Shown here: one piece after another, positions 27,739 through 43,889 of the stretch
How the letters are laid out: each line of letters begins with the position of its first letter
Numbering within the stretch: the first letter of the stretch is position 1
DNA from: the human T2T-CHM13v2.0 reference genome, Homo sapiens
Reading direction: 5' to 3' (one strand)
Assembly: GCF_009914755.1 (NCBI RefSeq)
Contig: NC_060933.1
Length of the DNA stretch: 64,000 bases
Notes under the pieces: generated by a model
What the model was told of the DNA's origin: nothing
Databases searched by the model: none
The model's input: only the letters and a program-made list of their open reading frames with translations
Position numbers and translations under genes: made by a program

Positions 27739-28032
27739 GGCCAGGGATAGTGGCTCATGCCTGTAATCCCAGCACTTTGGGAGGCCGAGTTGGATGGATC
27801 GCCTGAAACCAGGAGTTCGAGACCAGCCTAGCCAATATAACGAAACCCCATCTCTAATAAAAATATACAAAAATTAGCTGGGTATGGTGGCTCATGCCTG
27901 TAATCCTAGCTACTTGGGAGGCTGAGGCATGAGAACCACTTATATCCAGGAGGAGGAGGTTGCAGTAGCCAAGATCACGCCACTGCACTCCAGCCTGGGT
28001 GACAGAGTGAGACTTGGTCTCAAAAAAATAAA
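27739..28032 (+). mobile_element. Alu (J/S)
   Basis: Dimeric Alu. Confidence 0.93.
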
Positions 28033-29024
28033 GGCAATAATTATGTATTAATATAACATATATACATTATATATAACATATATAGTATAACATAACACTA
28101 TAATGCATTGCTACAAATGTCATTTTTGTTTTGAAAAACAGGAAAGAAATAGCACACCTAAGAGAAAGTGATGTTCCCTAAAACAAAAAAAAAAAAGGTC
28201 ACAATCTTCTTTTGGAATTTTGCTATTTTTGAGAAAAGTTTTTCGTTTTCTAGAAGAGAATGATCATAAGTTACCCCTCTCTTATATCAAATAAAAATGT
28301 CCCACATCAAAATGAGACCATGAGCACAAAGACAGCTAGTCATACACACTTCATAAAAAGCCACAAAATGTATTTCCTTTTTAAAAATTCTCTCTCATTA
28401 GCTTACTAAATATGGTAAATTCAAGACAAGACTGAACTATTCTCTTGATAATTTATTTTCAGAAAATTAATGCTTTTTAAATATCAGTTTCAAGAGTTCA
28501 TTAAAAATTATTGAGGGATTGTTTCTTAATAATGAAATGCAAATATTATAAGTGAAGGGAGTGTTAATTACTTCAAAATGTGAAACCATTTGCAGTATTT
28601 AAAATAAATTAAGGACACTCTCACTCTAATTATTCCAGGACTGCAGTTAAGTCTCAGTCCTCTATGGTTGTTGTACATATGGCATTACATCAGATATGAC
28701 ACGTATGTGAAACATGCTTTTTCTTCTTCCTACTCTACATATTTTACTGTGATGTGAGCCATATGTTTCATTACAAAGGGTGGTATGAAAAGGCTATTGC
28801 AAGAGAGGAAAACTCTTGATTCAGATTTCAGCAATACAGAAAGGCCTCTTCATTAAAAACACATTATTGTTTGGTTTCAAGGCATTTACCTTATGTTCCC
28901 AGTAACACCCTGACAGTTTAGAGATTTAAAACATCTGGAATTTAGGCATTAAGATTTTAGGGATCATGGATCTGACACTAAAAATACGGACCATTATGGG
29001 ACACTCTAAAGAATGGGTTATTTG

Positions 29025-29340
29025 AGCCAGGCATGGTGGCTCACTCCTACAATCCCAGCACTTAGGAAGGCCAAGGTGGGTGGATCACAAGGTCAGGAGT
29101 TCAAGACTAGCCTGGCCAACATGGTGAAACCCCATCTCTACTAAAATACGAAAATTAACGGGGTATAGTGGTGCGTGCCTGTAATCCCATCTACTCAGGA
29201 GGCTGAGGCAGGAGAGTTGTTTGAACCCGGGAGCTGGAGGTTGCAGTGAGCCGAGATTGCCCCATTGCACTCCAGGATGGGCAACAGAGAGTTTGTCTCA
29301 AAATAATAATAATAATGATAATAATAATAATAATAATAAT
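29025..29340 (+). mobile_element. AluS with (AAT)n tail
   Basis: Dimeric Alu. Confidence 0.93.
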
Positions 29341-29666
29341 AGCAGCTTATTTGATGGCAATAGAGATCACATGATGCATATATTAATATGTAATCATTTA
29401 ATAATTAAACACATCTCATGATTGGGCATGAGGATACATTTAATGAGTTATAATTCTGGGTCCCAATATTATCTCCTGTTTATTAGCCAGACAACCTTTA
29501 AAACACTGTTCTGCTCTATTAATTCCAGAAGTTTATTTCAGTTGTGTGATTATGATAAAATGATTATCTAGCTTCCTTTCAGGGCCAGGAAGTGAAATAA
29601 AACGTCCTTTGAGCAGAAAGTACAAATTTTGCAATTACCAAATGCTAAATACGATTTAAACATATG

Positions 29667-30248
29667 TGTAGTAGTTTAAAGATATGTACACAAATTATCT
29701 GATACTCTTCCCCTCAAAAGATGGAGCATAATTCCACTCCCCTTGACTGTGGGCTAGACTTAGTGACTGCTTCCAGCAAACAGATTATGCCAGAGGTAAT
29801 GCAATAACATTATGCCAGAGGTGATGCAATAACAATAACACTATAAGTTATATAAAAACCATGACTTCCCTCTTGGGTGCAATCTCCCGCCATCTTCATT
29901 CTCTCTGGCATAAGCCAACCTTCATGTTCTAAGGACACTTAGGCAGCCCGTGGACAGCCCCACATGGTGAGAAAAACCAATCCCTGCCAGCAACCATGTG
30001 AATAAGGTTAGAAGCGGGTATTATCAGTCCTGCCAAAAGCCAAGTAGCAGAGCCTACAAGCCAATATTCCCCCAGCCTAGCCTTGAGATGACCACATCTC
30101 TGGCCGACATCTTGACTGCAACCTCGTAACAGATCCTAAGCAAGAACTACCTGGTTAAGCTACTCCCATATTCCTGACTCACAGAAGCTGTGAGATAATA
30201 AATGCTGTTTTAAGTTGTTAAACTTGGCAGCAGTAGCTAACTACTACA
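29667..30248 (+). mobile_element. MLT1E/F-type solo LTR
   Basis: tgtagtagtttaaagat...cagaagctgtgagataataaatg...taactactaca; internal tandem duplication attatgccagaggt.atgcaataac. Confidence 0.85.
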
Positions 30249-30299
30249 GTATTAGTAGTCAGAAAAAGCTAACTACTACAATTTGTAATCAGAATAAGC

Positions 30300-30450
30300 T
30301 ACAGTGGGTCAAGAATGAGTCCTGTTCTCCAAACCCAGCATTATGACTTTTCAGCTGTTTGATATTGGACAGTGTATCCACAGCTTCTGGGCCTCATTTC
30401 TTCATCTATACAACAAATATTTTAACCAAAATGATTTCTAAGACTCCTCT
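30300..30450 (+). mobile_element. MIR
   Basis: ttctgggcctcatttcttcatctatac. Confidence 0.6.
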
Positions 30451-30636
30451 GGTCAACAAAATATAGTACTCTAAAGCTATAAACAGGTAGTTCTAAACCT
30501 GATGTAGGAAAAAATGACAATTGGAATAGCCCAGCATCAGGGACTGTCTTTAAGGCCCTCTTGGTGGATAGTCATTGGTAGTGTCCATACCAAGAGTTTC
30601 CTTACACTAGGTGGGAAATGTAGGCTGAAAACCTAA

Positions 30637-31481
30637 CAGCAGGTCCTCAGGTAACATCATTTGGTTCAACCCCATTTCGTTTTACCACTGATGAAAAAAA
30701 AAAAAAAAATCAATCCCCAGCCGAGGCCACTGTCTTTGTGGAGTGTGTGCATACTCCCCAAGTATGCATGGGTTTCCTCTGGGTACTTGGTTTCCTCCCA
30801 CATCCTAAACATGTGCACTGTAGGTGAGTCAGTGTATCTAAAGTGTCCCAGTGTCAGTGAGTAAGTATGTGTGAGTGTACCCTGAGATGGGACGGCATAT
30901 TCTGCAGGGTCAGGTCCCCAATTTGCACCCTGAGCTGCCAGGGTAGGATCCAGCCTCCTGCAATTCTGAACTTGAATAAGTGCATTGGAAAATGAACAAA
31001 TGAATGATTAAAAATTACTATCAAATAGAAAATTAATAATTTATCTATAATCATACAAATACACGACAATAAACACTGCAGCACAAAAGCACTCACCTAT
31101 GTTTGTAATTGATTGCTTTTGAATTGCATGGTGGGAAAGGACACTTCTTACAATTTTCACTTTGCAAACATTTATTCCTTGATTTAACCCACCACCACTA
31201 GGAGCATCATCACTCATGGATTCACCAAAAGTTGGGTAAATAATTGTCTTACTTGTTTTTATGAATCTTTCTTAAATGTATATAAAGCTCACATTAATTT
31301 CAATGTTTAATATTAGAAGTGTTTATTTAGAAGTTTCGTGATGTGTTTGTGACCAGACATATGCCATAGGAACTTAACTCTTGTTTATATCAATTAGCCG
31401 ATGGTGAAATTGGCTTCATAGGTTTCGCATAAGGTCATAGTTTTCAAGAACCTATCAACAATGTTAAGTGAGGACTTACTG
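30637..31481 (+). mobile_element. Full-length MER6 (TcMar-Tigger) carrying a V-SINE-like domain
   Basis: TIRs cagcaggtcctc / gaggacttactg with 3' TA; internal tgtggagtgtgtgcatactcccc...ggtttcctcccacatcc; 845 bp. Confidence 0.88.
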
Positions 31482-31623
31482 TATATGTTTCCTTTCAACT
31501 CTGGTATGCTATATTTCTGACCCTAAGCTTTAAGAAAAAGAGAAATAGATAATGCCCCCAAATCAAACAAAACCAAAATGAAGAACCGCATATGTAAGAG
31601 ATTTAGATAAAATATTTCCCCAC

Positions 31624-32049
<426 letters not shown>

Positions 32050-32149
32050 TGAGTGACTATCAGTGAGGGTGCACCATACGTTGAGTCATAATAGATGGGT
32101 GGCCATGATCAATCTTCAACAAAGAAAACAAACTCTAAAAGCTTTGTTA

Positions 32150-32341
32150 GGAATCTCAAACTTGACCATACAATAGAATTATCAGGGAGTTAAAAATTTT
32201 GTGTTTGTTTTTTTAATTCGGATGCTCAGGTCATACTCCACAATAATTAAGTCAGAATCTTTCAAGGGGAGACCCAGGCATCTGTGTATTTTTGAAACTT
32301 ACCAGGTGATTCCAATGTATAACTTAAGTTGAGAACCACTC
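32150..32341 (+). mobile_element. MER5-type hAT MITE
   Basis: aagtcagaatct...acccaggcatctg...ccaggtgattccaatg...gttgagaaccact. Confidence 0.75.
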
Positions 32342-32617
32342 AGTATGGTCTCATTTAAGTTACAGTAAAAAGAAAAAAGACCCACTGCTGTGTATGGGAA
32401 AGATGAAAAAGGAAACATATATAACTAAACATGGTGAGAATTAGGATAAAGAGGAAGTTTTACTCCTTACAAATTTTTTACAACAAATATACTACGGTAA
32501 TTAAAAAAGGTCAGAGGGAAAGAAAATATTTCACCAATTTCTCAAATACAGTAGGGTCTGGAAGAACAAAGACAGTTGTTACTATTTGGCCTGAATTTGC
32601 GTCTTTAAAAGATATTA

Positions 32618-33072
<455 letters not shown>

Positions 33073-34504
33073 ATTTTTAAAAATAAGAAATAAGAGTCAT
33101 TAAACCTTTAACTACAAAATGACACCCAGCTAAAAAGTAAAAAATGTAACTAATGGATTAGACACTACAGAAGACTACTGTTGTTACTGTTTTATTTTTC
33201 CCATAAAACTTACTTTCCTTCTAATAATGATTCCATAAAGATATAGTCCAAAACCCTTCATTGGAAGAAAAATAAACCAAATATGTACAGAATTTATAAT
33301 CTGGAATTAATATTAGAAATGAAGTAACCTAGCTCTTCTTTTAAGATATAAGAAAAATGAAACTCACTGAATAATCATTAAACAGTTTGCAAGGGACTAG
33401 TACACTGACTTACTAAGGGTAGTCTAATGCCGTTCTTACCATGTTATAGCACTATATAATAAAAACAGATTTCCCGTGTTTCAAGGGTGTTTGTGTACAT
33501 GGCAGGGAGGCACAGGGGAGGTGTTTAGCCAAAAGCAACCCACCTAATTCTGTGTGTTAGCATAACGCCAACTTTTGTCAATGATTTATGAATCACCCAA
33601 GGAAAATGTTTTATGTAACAGTGGAAATATTTTTATATATTTAAATGTGCAGCATGAAGAAAAACTAATAAAGATAAATGATTTATGTTATAATGTTTAC
33701 TAGGCATTGTATCAGGAAACATTTGTGTCTAGTATTTGTTTGAGTTCATTCGGAATTTCTTTATTTACTCACTCACTATTTATATATCTTTGTTTAGTTT
33801 CCTCACAACGCTACAGTTTTGTAAACACTAGTACTGAGAACTAAATGAAAATTGCAAAAGCGTAATTACAGCTGGATGAGAATGTTAAGCACTCACTCCA
33901 AGTTTTAACCTGAGAGTGTTTTCAGTGAATAGCATCATCAATCAATATTTATTGAACATCCACAAAGTGTGTGATTTGGCCGAGGCAGTAGACAACAAAG
34001 GCATTTGTAGTTGTGTGGTTCTCCCTTCTTCTTGCAAGTAGTGGAAAACTGCCAAAAACTTAATGTGATAAATGAAAAAATGTGTCCCCCACCACTCATC
34101 TGAATACCAATTGCAAAGTAACAGGTTTCTCTCTAAACATCAGCCCTCAGTGTAAAAATGTAATGGTTCTACTGTGAGAATATTGATGTCAGAAGGAAAG
34201 CAACTCTGTTCAACAGTTTTCTATCTCTTAAAAAACTTTATTGTTTTATATTTCTAAAACAAAGAGGGGAGGGAGAGTTTTTGCTTGTAAATAGTTCAAA
34301 ATTTACAATTAGAAAAAAAAAAAAATACATAGAAATCTGACCGCACTCCCCTGCTCCCAATCCAAGGATGCCAGTAATTGCAAGCTGGTAGATACACAAT
34401 GGGTTTAAAAAATGGACATTCACGTAAATAGGAATAAGAAATGATCTGCCAAATATTACAGTGCTAAGACAGCTATGAGTGAAAACTGTCTGATTGAAAG
34501 TACC

Positions 34505-34869
<365 letters not shown>

Positions 34870-35403
34870 CTATCTATTCTAATACAATCAAATAATTAGA
34901 AAATACAAGAAAATTTATTCAAAGAATGAAAAAATATGTTCTATGAGCTTTGTCTATTTTCTATTCAACAGCAATTCACTTTTCTCTCATTAAATATACT
35001 CTCTAAACTGTGTAATATGGAAGATTTAATTATTATTAGACAATGGTGTAGTCAATCCCTCTAGGAAACTGACTGAGAAGCTTTCACTAAATCCAAAATC
35101 TTACACTTCAGACCAAACTCAAAGAAGATCCAAAAACAGATCTACTTGATACTTGCTTGACCTTTTTTTAAATTAAATACTTTCGTGGAAATATATATTG
35201 TATGTTTTATGTAATGTATGTTCCACTAATTATCTGAAGTCTTTTCCAAAAAATGTTCATATATTAATGGGCAAAAACGTCAAATATTCAAACTCAATTG
35301 AAAGGCAAAACACAATAGAAACCTGAAAACTTTAAGATGTAATCAGCATTCATTGAACGGAGTAAAACTTCCCATTGCACAGTTTCTTTGATAACAGTCT
35401 TTA

Positions 35404-35746
<343 letters not shown>

Positions 35747-36489
35747 CTAACTGAATACACTGATTTGTAAAATATTTTCCTAGTTATTTACAAAAGTTTT
35801 TCCCATTATGGAGGAAAACCAGGCATGTATGCAACTCCGTGTACACAAAATACTAAAGACTATCACTGTACTTTTAAAAATTCTTAGAATTTAGAACCAA
35901 GGAAAGTGTTTTATTCCTTAATATATCTAACAGTAGTGCTTTGTGTGTCATGGTAAAACATGAAATCTTTTTCCCACCAAAAACAGGTGACAAGTCTAAG
36001 TCAGTGTAGTATAGTGACACACGGACTTTAAATAAGTATTCAGTAAAACCCAAAGACCTCATAAATTTCCAATGTAAATTTTCTCTTTGGTTTGTCACTT
36101 GGAGATTTGTGGAGTGGAAATAGGTATTGGATGTTTGTTTTATGAATATAAAATTTACTCAAAGTTCCAAAGTCATCTAAAAAGAAAAGTCGAATACTTA
36201 AAGGATAATTATAAGAGAACACTGTTTTCAAATTGCATGCACGTATACATATGTTCAATTATAAGCATTCAACCCTTGTTTTAGATGACCAAACTAGTAG
36301 CCACAGCTGTGACCTGTGCATGGCTTTAAAAAAAAAAAAAAAATTCAGCCATCAGTCATTTACTAACATCATCTTATAAAAAAGCCCAACGCAGTGTACC
36401 TCACGCAGAAAAGCTGGGTCATAAACCAAATGCTTTATCAACTAATCAATATTAGCAAATATCAGACTGTAAGAATAATTACTAAAAAA

Positions 36490-36630
36490 AGAATAAATGC
36501 TTGAGATGGATACCCCACCTACCCTGATGTGATTATTATGCATTATATGCCTGTAAAAACTATCTCATGTACTCCATAAATATATACACCTACTATGTGC
36601 CCACAAAAATTAAAACTTAAAAAAAAACTA
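36490..36630 (+). mobile_element. L1MA 3' terminal fragment
   Basis: ccctgatgtgattattatgcattatatgcctgta...ataaatatatacacctactatgt. Confidence 0.85.
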
Positions 36631-36699
36631 TTCCTTCCTGAAAAAACAACAACAACAACAACAACAACACAGATTTTGAGGCCAGAACTCTTTTAAATT

Positions 36700-38110
36700 C
36701 TGCTTATTTTTACATAATTTTATTGTGATGGTTTCAAGTTCATTAACCTTTTCTTCTGTAATGTCTTGTTGGCTATTAACTCATCTTCTCTAATTTTCAC
36801 CTCAGACAGTGTAGTTTTTTATCTCAAGAGCTCCAATCTGGGTTTTTAAATATTTGCATGTCACTACTTACTTTTTAAAACATAAAGGAGCACAGTACAT
36901 TTTTAAACATAAAGAAGTACAGTTAAAAACCTCAAGCAGAAGAACTGCTTGAGACCAAGAGTTCAAGACCAGCCTGGGCAAGATAGTGAGACCCCATCTC
37001 TACAAAAAATTGAAAAATCAGCTTGGTGTAGTGGTGCATGCCTGTGGTCCCAGCTACTCAGGAGGCAGGAGGATCACTTGAGCCCAGGAGTTTGAGGATG
37101 TAGTTAGCTATGACTACGCCACTACAATCCAGCCTGGGCAATAGAGCAAGACCTTGTCTCTAAAAAAATAATAAAAATAATTTTTTAAAAACTTGTTTTA
37201 ATGTTCTTGTCTGCTAACTCTAACATCTGTGTCAATTCTGAGTCAGTTTCAATAGGTTGATTTTTTTTTCTCATGAGTATAACTTTTCTGCTTCCTTCTA
37301 TATCTGGTAATTTTTTATTAGATACCAGATATTGTTAATTTTATTTTGGGGGTGCTAGATATTTTTGTGTCCCTATAAATATTCTTGCTTTTTGTTCTGA
37401 GATTCAGTTAAGATTCTTGGAAACATTTTGATAACTTTAGGCCTTGTTTTTAAGATTCTTTAGTTAGGACTCAGCTTAGGGTTTAACCTAAAGTCAATTT
37501 TTCCCCACTTCTGAAGCAAAACCCTTGTTCTACTCTACTGAATGCCCTATGAATTACTCTATGAATGTACTCTACTGAATGGCCTATGAATTATGGAGCT
37601 TTCCTCTCTGGTGGGAGCAGGCAATATTCCCAGCCCTGTGCAAGCTCCAGAGATTGTTTCCTTTAGTCTTTTTGAGTGGTTCTTTCCCCAGCCTTGGGTA
37701 GTTTGTTCACATGCATTTGCTGGTCAGCACTCTCTTGAATATCAACCAGAGAGGAAGCCTCTGTAGATCTCCAGAGCTCTTTCTGTATAGCTATCTGTCC
37801 TGGTACTATGTCCTGCAGACTCCAGCTGCCTTAGCCTACCCAGACACTCGGCCCCATCTTCCCAACTCAGGAGTTTGCCAAGTTTTAATTGATCTCTTCT
37901 CTTTAAACCCTAGAAACTCTCTCCAGGCAGTAAGCTGAGGCAATCATGGTACTCGCTTGTTGGTTTCTCATCACTCAGAGGGCACTGTACTTCAGGACCT
38001 GAAGTCCCATGTCTTGAGGACCACTGTTGCATGTATTTTATCTGTTTTATGGCTTGTTTCACACAGGAGAATAAATTGGTCCCTATCCTACTTGCTCAAA
38101 GCTGAAGTCA
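36700..38110 (-). mobile_element. Old L1M 5'/ORF1-region fragment, interrupted by an AluJ
   Basis: T-rich L1-like antisense sequence (ctggtaattttttattagataccagatattgttaatttta). Confidence 0.65.
36933..37180 (+). mobile_element. AluJ, 5'-truncated
   Basis: Diverged Alu. Confidence 0.88.
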
Positions 38111-38114
38111 GAAT

Positions 38115-38630
38115 TACCTTTTCACAACAAAAATCTGATAATGTAACTCCCCTGCTTAAAACACTTCATTGAATTCCCATCATTAAAATAAATTCCAAGC
38201 TCTTTACATTGATTTAGAAATTGACTTCATAATTTAAATCTTGTCTACTTTGCTAGCTAATCTTGTGACTTGTTTACAATAACTATGATTCAAAATAAAA
38301 TAGCTGCAGTTTCAAATATACAAAATATTCTTTCATTACACTTGCACATGCTGTTTCCTGTCTAGAACTCTCTTTTCTGCCCTGGCTACTGAGAAAGTCT
38401 TATTCATTCATGAGTGATCAACACAAATGTAATGTCTGTGAAGCTTTCCTTACATGACACACTTCCAGCTACCTTCTCCCTCTCTCCTGACTCCAACACC
38501 AAGAAGAGTTAGGCAGCCCTCCTCAACGCGCAAAGGAGCCATTTATTATCCAATCTCCTGTTACAGTGCCCATTACTTTCTACCACAGCTATTTATGTAA
38601 ATATCTATTTCCCCACCTTGGACAAGCTCC
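38115..38630 (+). mobile_element. L2 3' fragment
   Basis: aaatctgataatgtaactcccctgcttaaaacacttcattgaattccca. Confidence 0.75.
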
Positions 38631-38667
38631 TCAGATATGTTTCCTCATTTGTAAACTGGGGATAATA

Positions 38668-39490
<823 letters not shown>

Positions 39491-40084
39491 TACTAGGGAT
39501 GGCAACAGAAGGGAACAATTTTTGATCGGGCGTCATGGCCAAATAATAACCCACAAGTCTCCAATTAATTGCTATGTCCAGTGATGCCTTAAGTGAAGCA
39601 GGTACTAACATCTTTGGAATGAACTTTGAATCAATTAATTGTATTGGTATTTAAAATAAAATACATCATTAAAAAATGTCTCATACGTCAGAGCAAACAG
39701 CAGAAGGTGAGGCATAATTTTTAAAAACAACATTTCAGGGGGGTCTTTTTTTCTGATATGGTCTGTTTAAGCTTTGTTTACTTTCTCAGCAAGAATAAAG
39801 ACCTGGGGCAACATTTAATTAAAATGTTGCCTAAGCTTTCATGCTTCCTGAGGCAGTAAGACTGGGGACACTGCTATAGTCTTCTTGCTGTGGACTAGGA
39901 AATAAACAAGGATGGATAACTTTGAACTCTCTGCATAATATGTAGAGCAAAGCCATATCCCTGGAAAGGCCAAAATTAGGTGAGATGCAGTACATAACAG
40001 GTATGGAATATACTAATGCTTTGGATTGGGAGCAAAAAAAACTGGAAAGGCCTTAGCCACATGTACTTTCTATTATCTCAAATA

Positions 40085-40170
40085 TTATTTTTTATAATTT
40101 CAACTTTTATTTTAGAGTCAAGGGGTACATGCACAGGTTTACTGCATGGGCATTTTGCATGATGCTGTGT
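40085..40170 (-). mobile_element. L1PA/PB 3' terminal fragment
   Basis: tttcaacttttattttagagtcaaggggtacatgcacaggttt. Confidence 0.75.
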
Positions 40171-40181
40171 TATCTCAATTA

Positions 40182-40418
<237 letters not shown>

Positions 40419-40814
40419 TCACATGAACAGCTTGATGTTTCATTTAGGCTGGGCGAGTCCTAACTCCTAGCAGTAGGTAAAGTTGATGGACAGTAAATCA
40501 AAAAATGCTTCGAAACTATGAGTTAAAATTAAAAAGAAATGAAGATTTGGTTTGGTAGTGCTTCATTTTCTTTGATTTTTAAAAGCAGACAATAACAAAT
40601 GTTCCCAGAGACTATCATAGAATTTCCTTGGCTCAATAACTAGAAATAATTATAGGTCCCAGGATGGAAGAGTAGAAGGACTGCACCCTGATTTTGGGAC
40701 AGTGAAAAGGTGAGATTGGACCCTGCACAAGGCACACAACTATACTAAGGCTCAGTTTGCCATGGGTAAAATGGGATGTTGTCAAAGTTAAACTAGACAC
40801 CTCAAAAGTAGGCA

Positions 40815-41102
40815 TTTTTGTTTTTATTTTTGAGACAGGGTCTTACTCACATCGCCCAGGCTGGAGTGCAATGGTGCAATCTTGGCTCACTGCAGTCTTG
40901 ATCTTCCAGGGTCAGGTGATCCTGATACTTAGCGTCCCAAGTAGCTGGGACTACAGGTGCACACTACAATGTCCAGCTAATTTTTGGTTAGTAAAGATGG
41001 GATTTCGTCATGTTGCCCAGGCCGGTCTCGAACTCCTGGGCTAAGCGATCTGCCGGCCTCCCAAAGTGCTGTGATTACAGGAATAAGCCACTGCACCCAG
41101 CC
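40815..41102 (-). mobile_element. AluJ
   Basis: Antisense diverged Alu. Confidence 0.92.
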
Positions 41103-41299
41103 TAAGAATAAGTATTTATTAAAATGAAAGCAATGATGGGGGTGATCCAATGGGCTCTGTAAGATTATTTTAGCAGCAGTATGAGTGATAGCCACAAAAC
41201 AGGACATTTGAGAGGCAGGGATTCCATTCAGAAACAAAGACATTTAAATTTTTAGAATAGGCTATTTTTTTTTTGAAGTCCTACCCTTTAAAAAATATG

Positions 41300-41485
41300 T
41301 ATTGTATATATATTATATATGTATAATATATAAATATATAACATAATACATAGGTATAATATAAAAATATTATATAATACATATGTATAGTATATAAATA
41401 TTATATAATACATATGTATAATATATAAATATTATGTAATACATATGTATAGTATATAAATATATTCTATTCATATATATATACA
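41300..41485. repeat. AT-rich 31-bp minisatellite
   Basis: Unit atattatataatacatatgtata(g/a)tatataa, three near-perfect copies at 41367-41459 plus degenerate flanks. Confidence 0.9.
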
Positions 41486-41750
41486 TTTTTTTCTTTTTTT
41501 GATATGGTCTTACTCTGTCACCCAGGCAGGAGTGCAGTGGCAGGATCACTCACGGCTCACTGCTGCCTCGAACTCCTAGCCTCAAGAGATCTTCCACCTC
41601 AGCCTCCCAAGTAGCTGGAACTACAGGTGCGTGCCACCGCGCCTAATTTTTTGTTGTTGTTTTTTAGAGATGGGGGTCTTACTATGTTGCCCAGGCTGAT
41701 CTTGAACTCCTGGGCTCAAGTGATACACCTGCTTCCATCTCCCAAAGAGT
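41486..41750 (-). mobile_element. AluJ
   Basis: Antisense diverged Alu. Confidence 0.92.
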
Positions 41751-43254
41751 AAATTATCATTTGAACTTTTTTGTTAAACTAGTATGCTTAAGAATGAAAT
41801 TTAAACAGAGGTATTACCCAACTGGTTGACAAATTAATACATTTGTCTTTTATATTTCCTTCTGGAAAAAAAAAGAGCATTAAAGAAAAATGACATCAAT
41901 GTAAACTAGCAGTAGTTAACAGCAAGACATTTTTACGTAATTTTGAAAGTAGTTGCCATACCTCCTTCCTCAAAATATAAAGACAATTTTGTGGATTATG
42001 TTTTCTGTCAAAAGAAATTTCATAATCTAGGAAAAACTTTACAGCTAGTGCATTTGTTTTTTAAGATACCTAAAACTGTCCTGAGAATGTGTATCCCATT
42101 TTGAGTGAGTCATACATTAATTTTTGTAAGTCAGTCCAACACTTAGCAATCTTAAATAAATGACACATCTGTAAACATTCAGTGGTATGAAGGTCAGTGA
42201 TAAAAGAGAGCTGGTCATATATTAAATTGAATTGAAAGCCTTATTTACTGTACTTCCTGATTTATGCAGTCCTATATTCATTGTACCAAAGATATGATCC
42301 TATGGGACCTAATTTTAGTGACTGGAGCAAAGCATAGTGATTATCTCTCATTTTTTATCAAATTGTAGTTTCACATGAAATCCTTCCTACAACCCACCAT
42401 GAAAAACATCCTCTATACAACAGAAGAAATTTTGGGCTCCATCCTGAGGTATTTATTAACCAATCCACAGAGCGTCTTCCATATCAATGCTTTCAAAACA
42501 AAATACAATGTCTAGGATTGGTTACTTGCTTTCTCAGCAGAAGTAATTCAGATGTGGGCTCTCAGATTAGAAACTACTGTTGCTCTGTGGTAATACATTA
42601 CATTTCCATCTGAAAGGTTCATGCTACTTTTTACTGTTTAGGTGGTTTTATGTCATATATATGTATGTATGTATTCTAATTTAAGGCCGGCGTGATAGCC
42701 ACAGGCTAGACAATTTAAACTGATTGGCAAATTATAACATTTCACTACAATGAGCCAAAATTAGTAATAAAGATTATTCCCTTCTTAAAACTTGAGATAA
42801 TTGCCTTTTTATCATATTTTTGAGACACCAAAGTTCCTTTCTTCTTTGATTTATCTTAGGCCTCAAGTCTTGTCTTTTGCCTGGCCAATATCTGTTGTAT
42901 TCCTGACAGCTCAGCCTCCTCTAACTTCTGAGAAGTTCTCGCTACCTCTGGATAACAGAGCGACCGTGTCTGGACAGATTACTAGCTGCGAATCTGCCCA
43001 ACACTGAAACTGACTTCATGCTGCAAGATCACTGGTGTCTTTTTGCTCTCATTCTTGCGCTGGGTCCTGGGCCGTGACTTCCAAGCTCCACAGGACCAAT
43101 TCTGCTTTGTTGAGGAAAGCACCTTCTACTGCCTAAGAGATGTGGATTCCACTGTTTACTTAAGCCCTTTTCTACTGGAAACAGAAAGGAGATCTGCTTA
43201 GAAAGATCAGTAATACTGAAACTAGGACGCCATGGAGTGTTTCCCACTTGTCCA

Positions 43255-43410
43255 CTCTGAGACCGTGGCTACAATATTCATCCACTCTGAGCTTCAGTTT
43301 TATCACATAAAAATGGAAATAATATCATACAGAGCCCATAGGGTTGCTCAATGGATTCAGTGAAGTAACACATGTAAAGAATTTACCACACTGCTCAACA
43401 CATGGTAAAA
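43255..43410 (+). mobile_element. MIR
   Basis: ctctgagcttcagttttatcacataaaaatggaaataata. Confidence 0.75.
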
Positions 43411-43834
43411 GGTGTTTTATTACCACCACCAAGAAAATTACTTTTCAAGAGCAGTGTTAAAAAGCAACACAATGATTCTTTATGATATCTTCACTCTAAA
43501 TCATGTAAAAGCTTATTTAAGATCCACTCTGAAACGTAAAGCTCAAAGGGAAAAAGAAGGTGGAGGGAATGTCAGAGGCAAGCCCTGGGCTAAAGACAGG
43601 AGATGAGAGGAGAACTAGTCCCTTTATACCCTGATGGAAAGACAGTATACCCATAGCAGAAGGCTGACAGAAAAATAACAGCAGGAAGACAGAGAGAGCG
43701 AGCGAATAATATAAAGAACAACAAGAATCTGTTAAGCAAAATACAATAGGAAGCCATTTTAATTCATTCTCCCTTTCCAGTTCTTTTCTTTTTGGAACCT
43801 GTTCTACCATTAACCAAGGCAACCAAGTACTTAC

Positions 43835-43862
43835 CCAGCCCCTCCTTTAGAGATGAAAACAT
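43835..43862 (-). CDS. RASAL2: Candidate alternative first coding exon, MFSSLKEGL + G (phase 1)
   Basis: Minus strand gagATG TTT TCA TCT CTA AAG GAG GGG CTG G|gtaagt: consensus donor, purine at -3, in-frame TGA two codons upstream, GC boxes 40-70 bp upstream. Gene name inferred. Confidence 0.55.
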
Positions 43863-43889
43863 CTCTCAGTTATCTGTCAGCCTTTTCAA

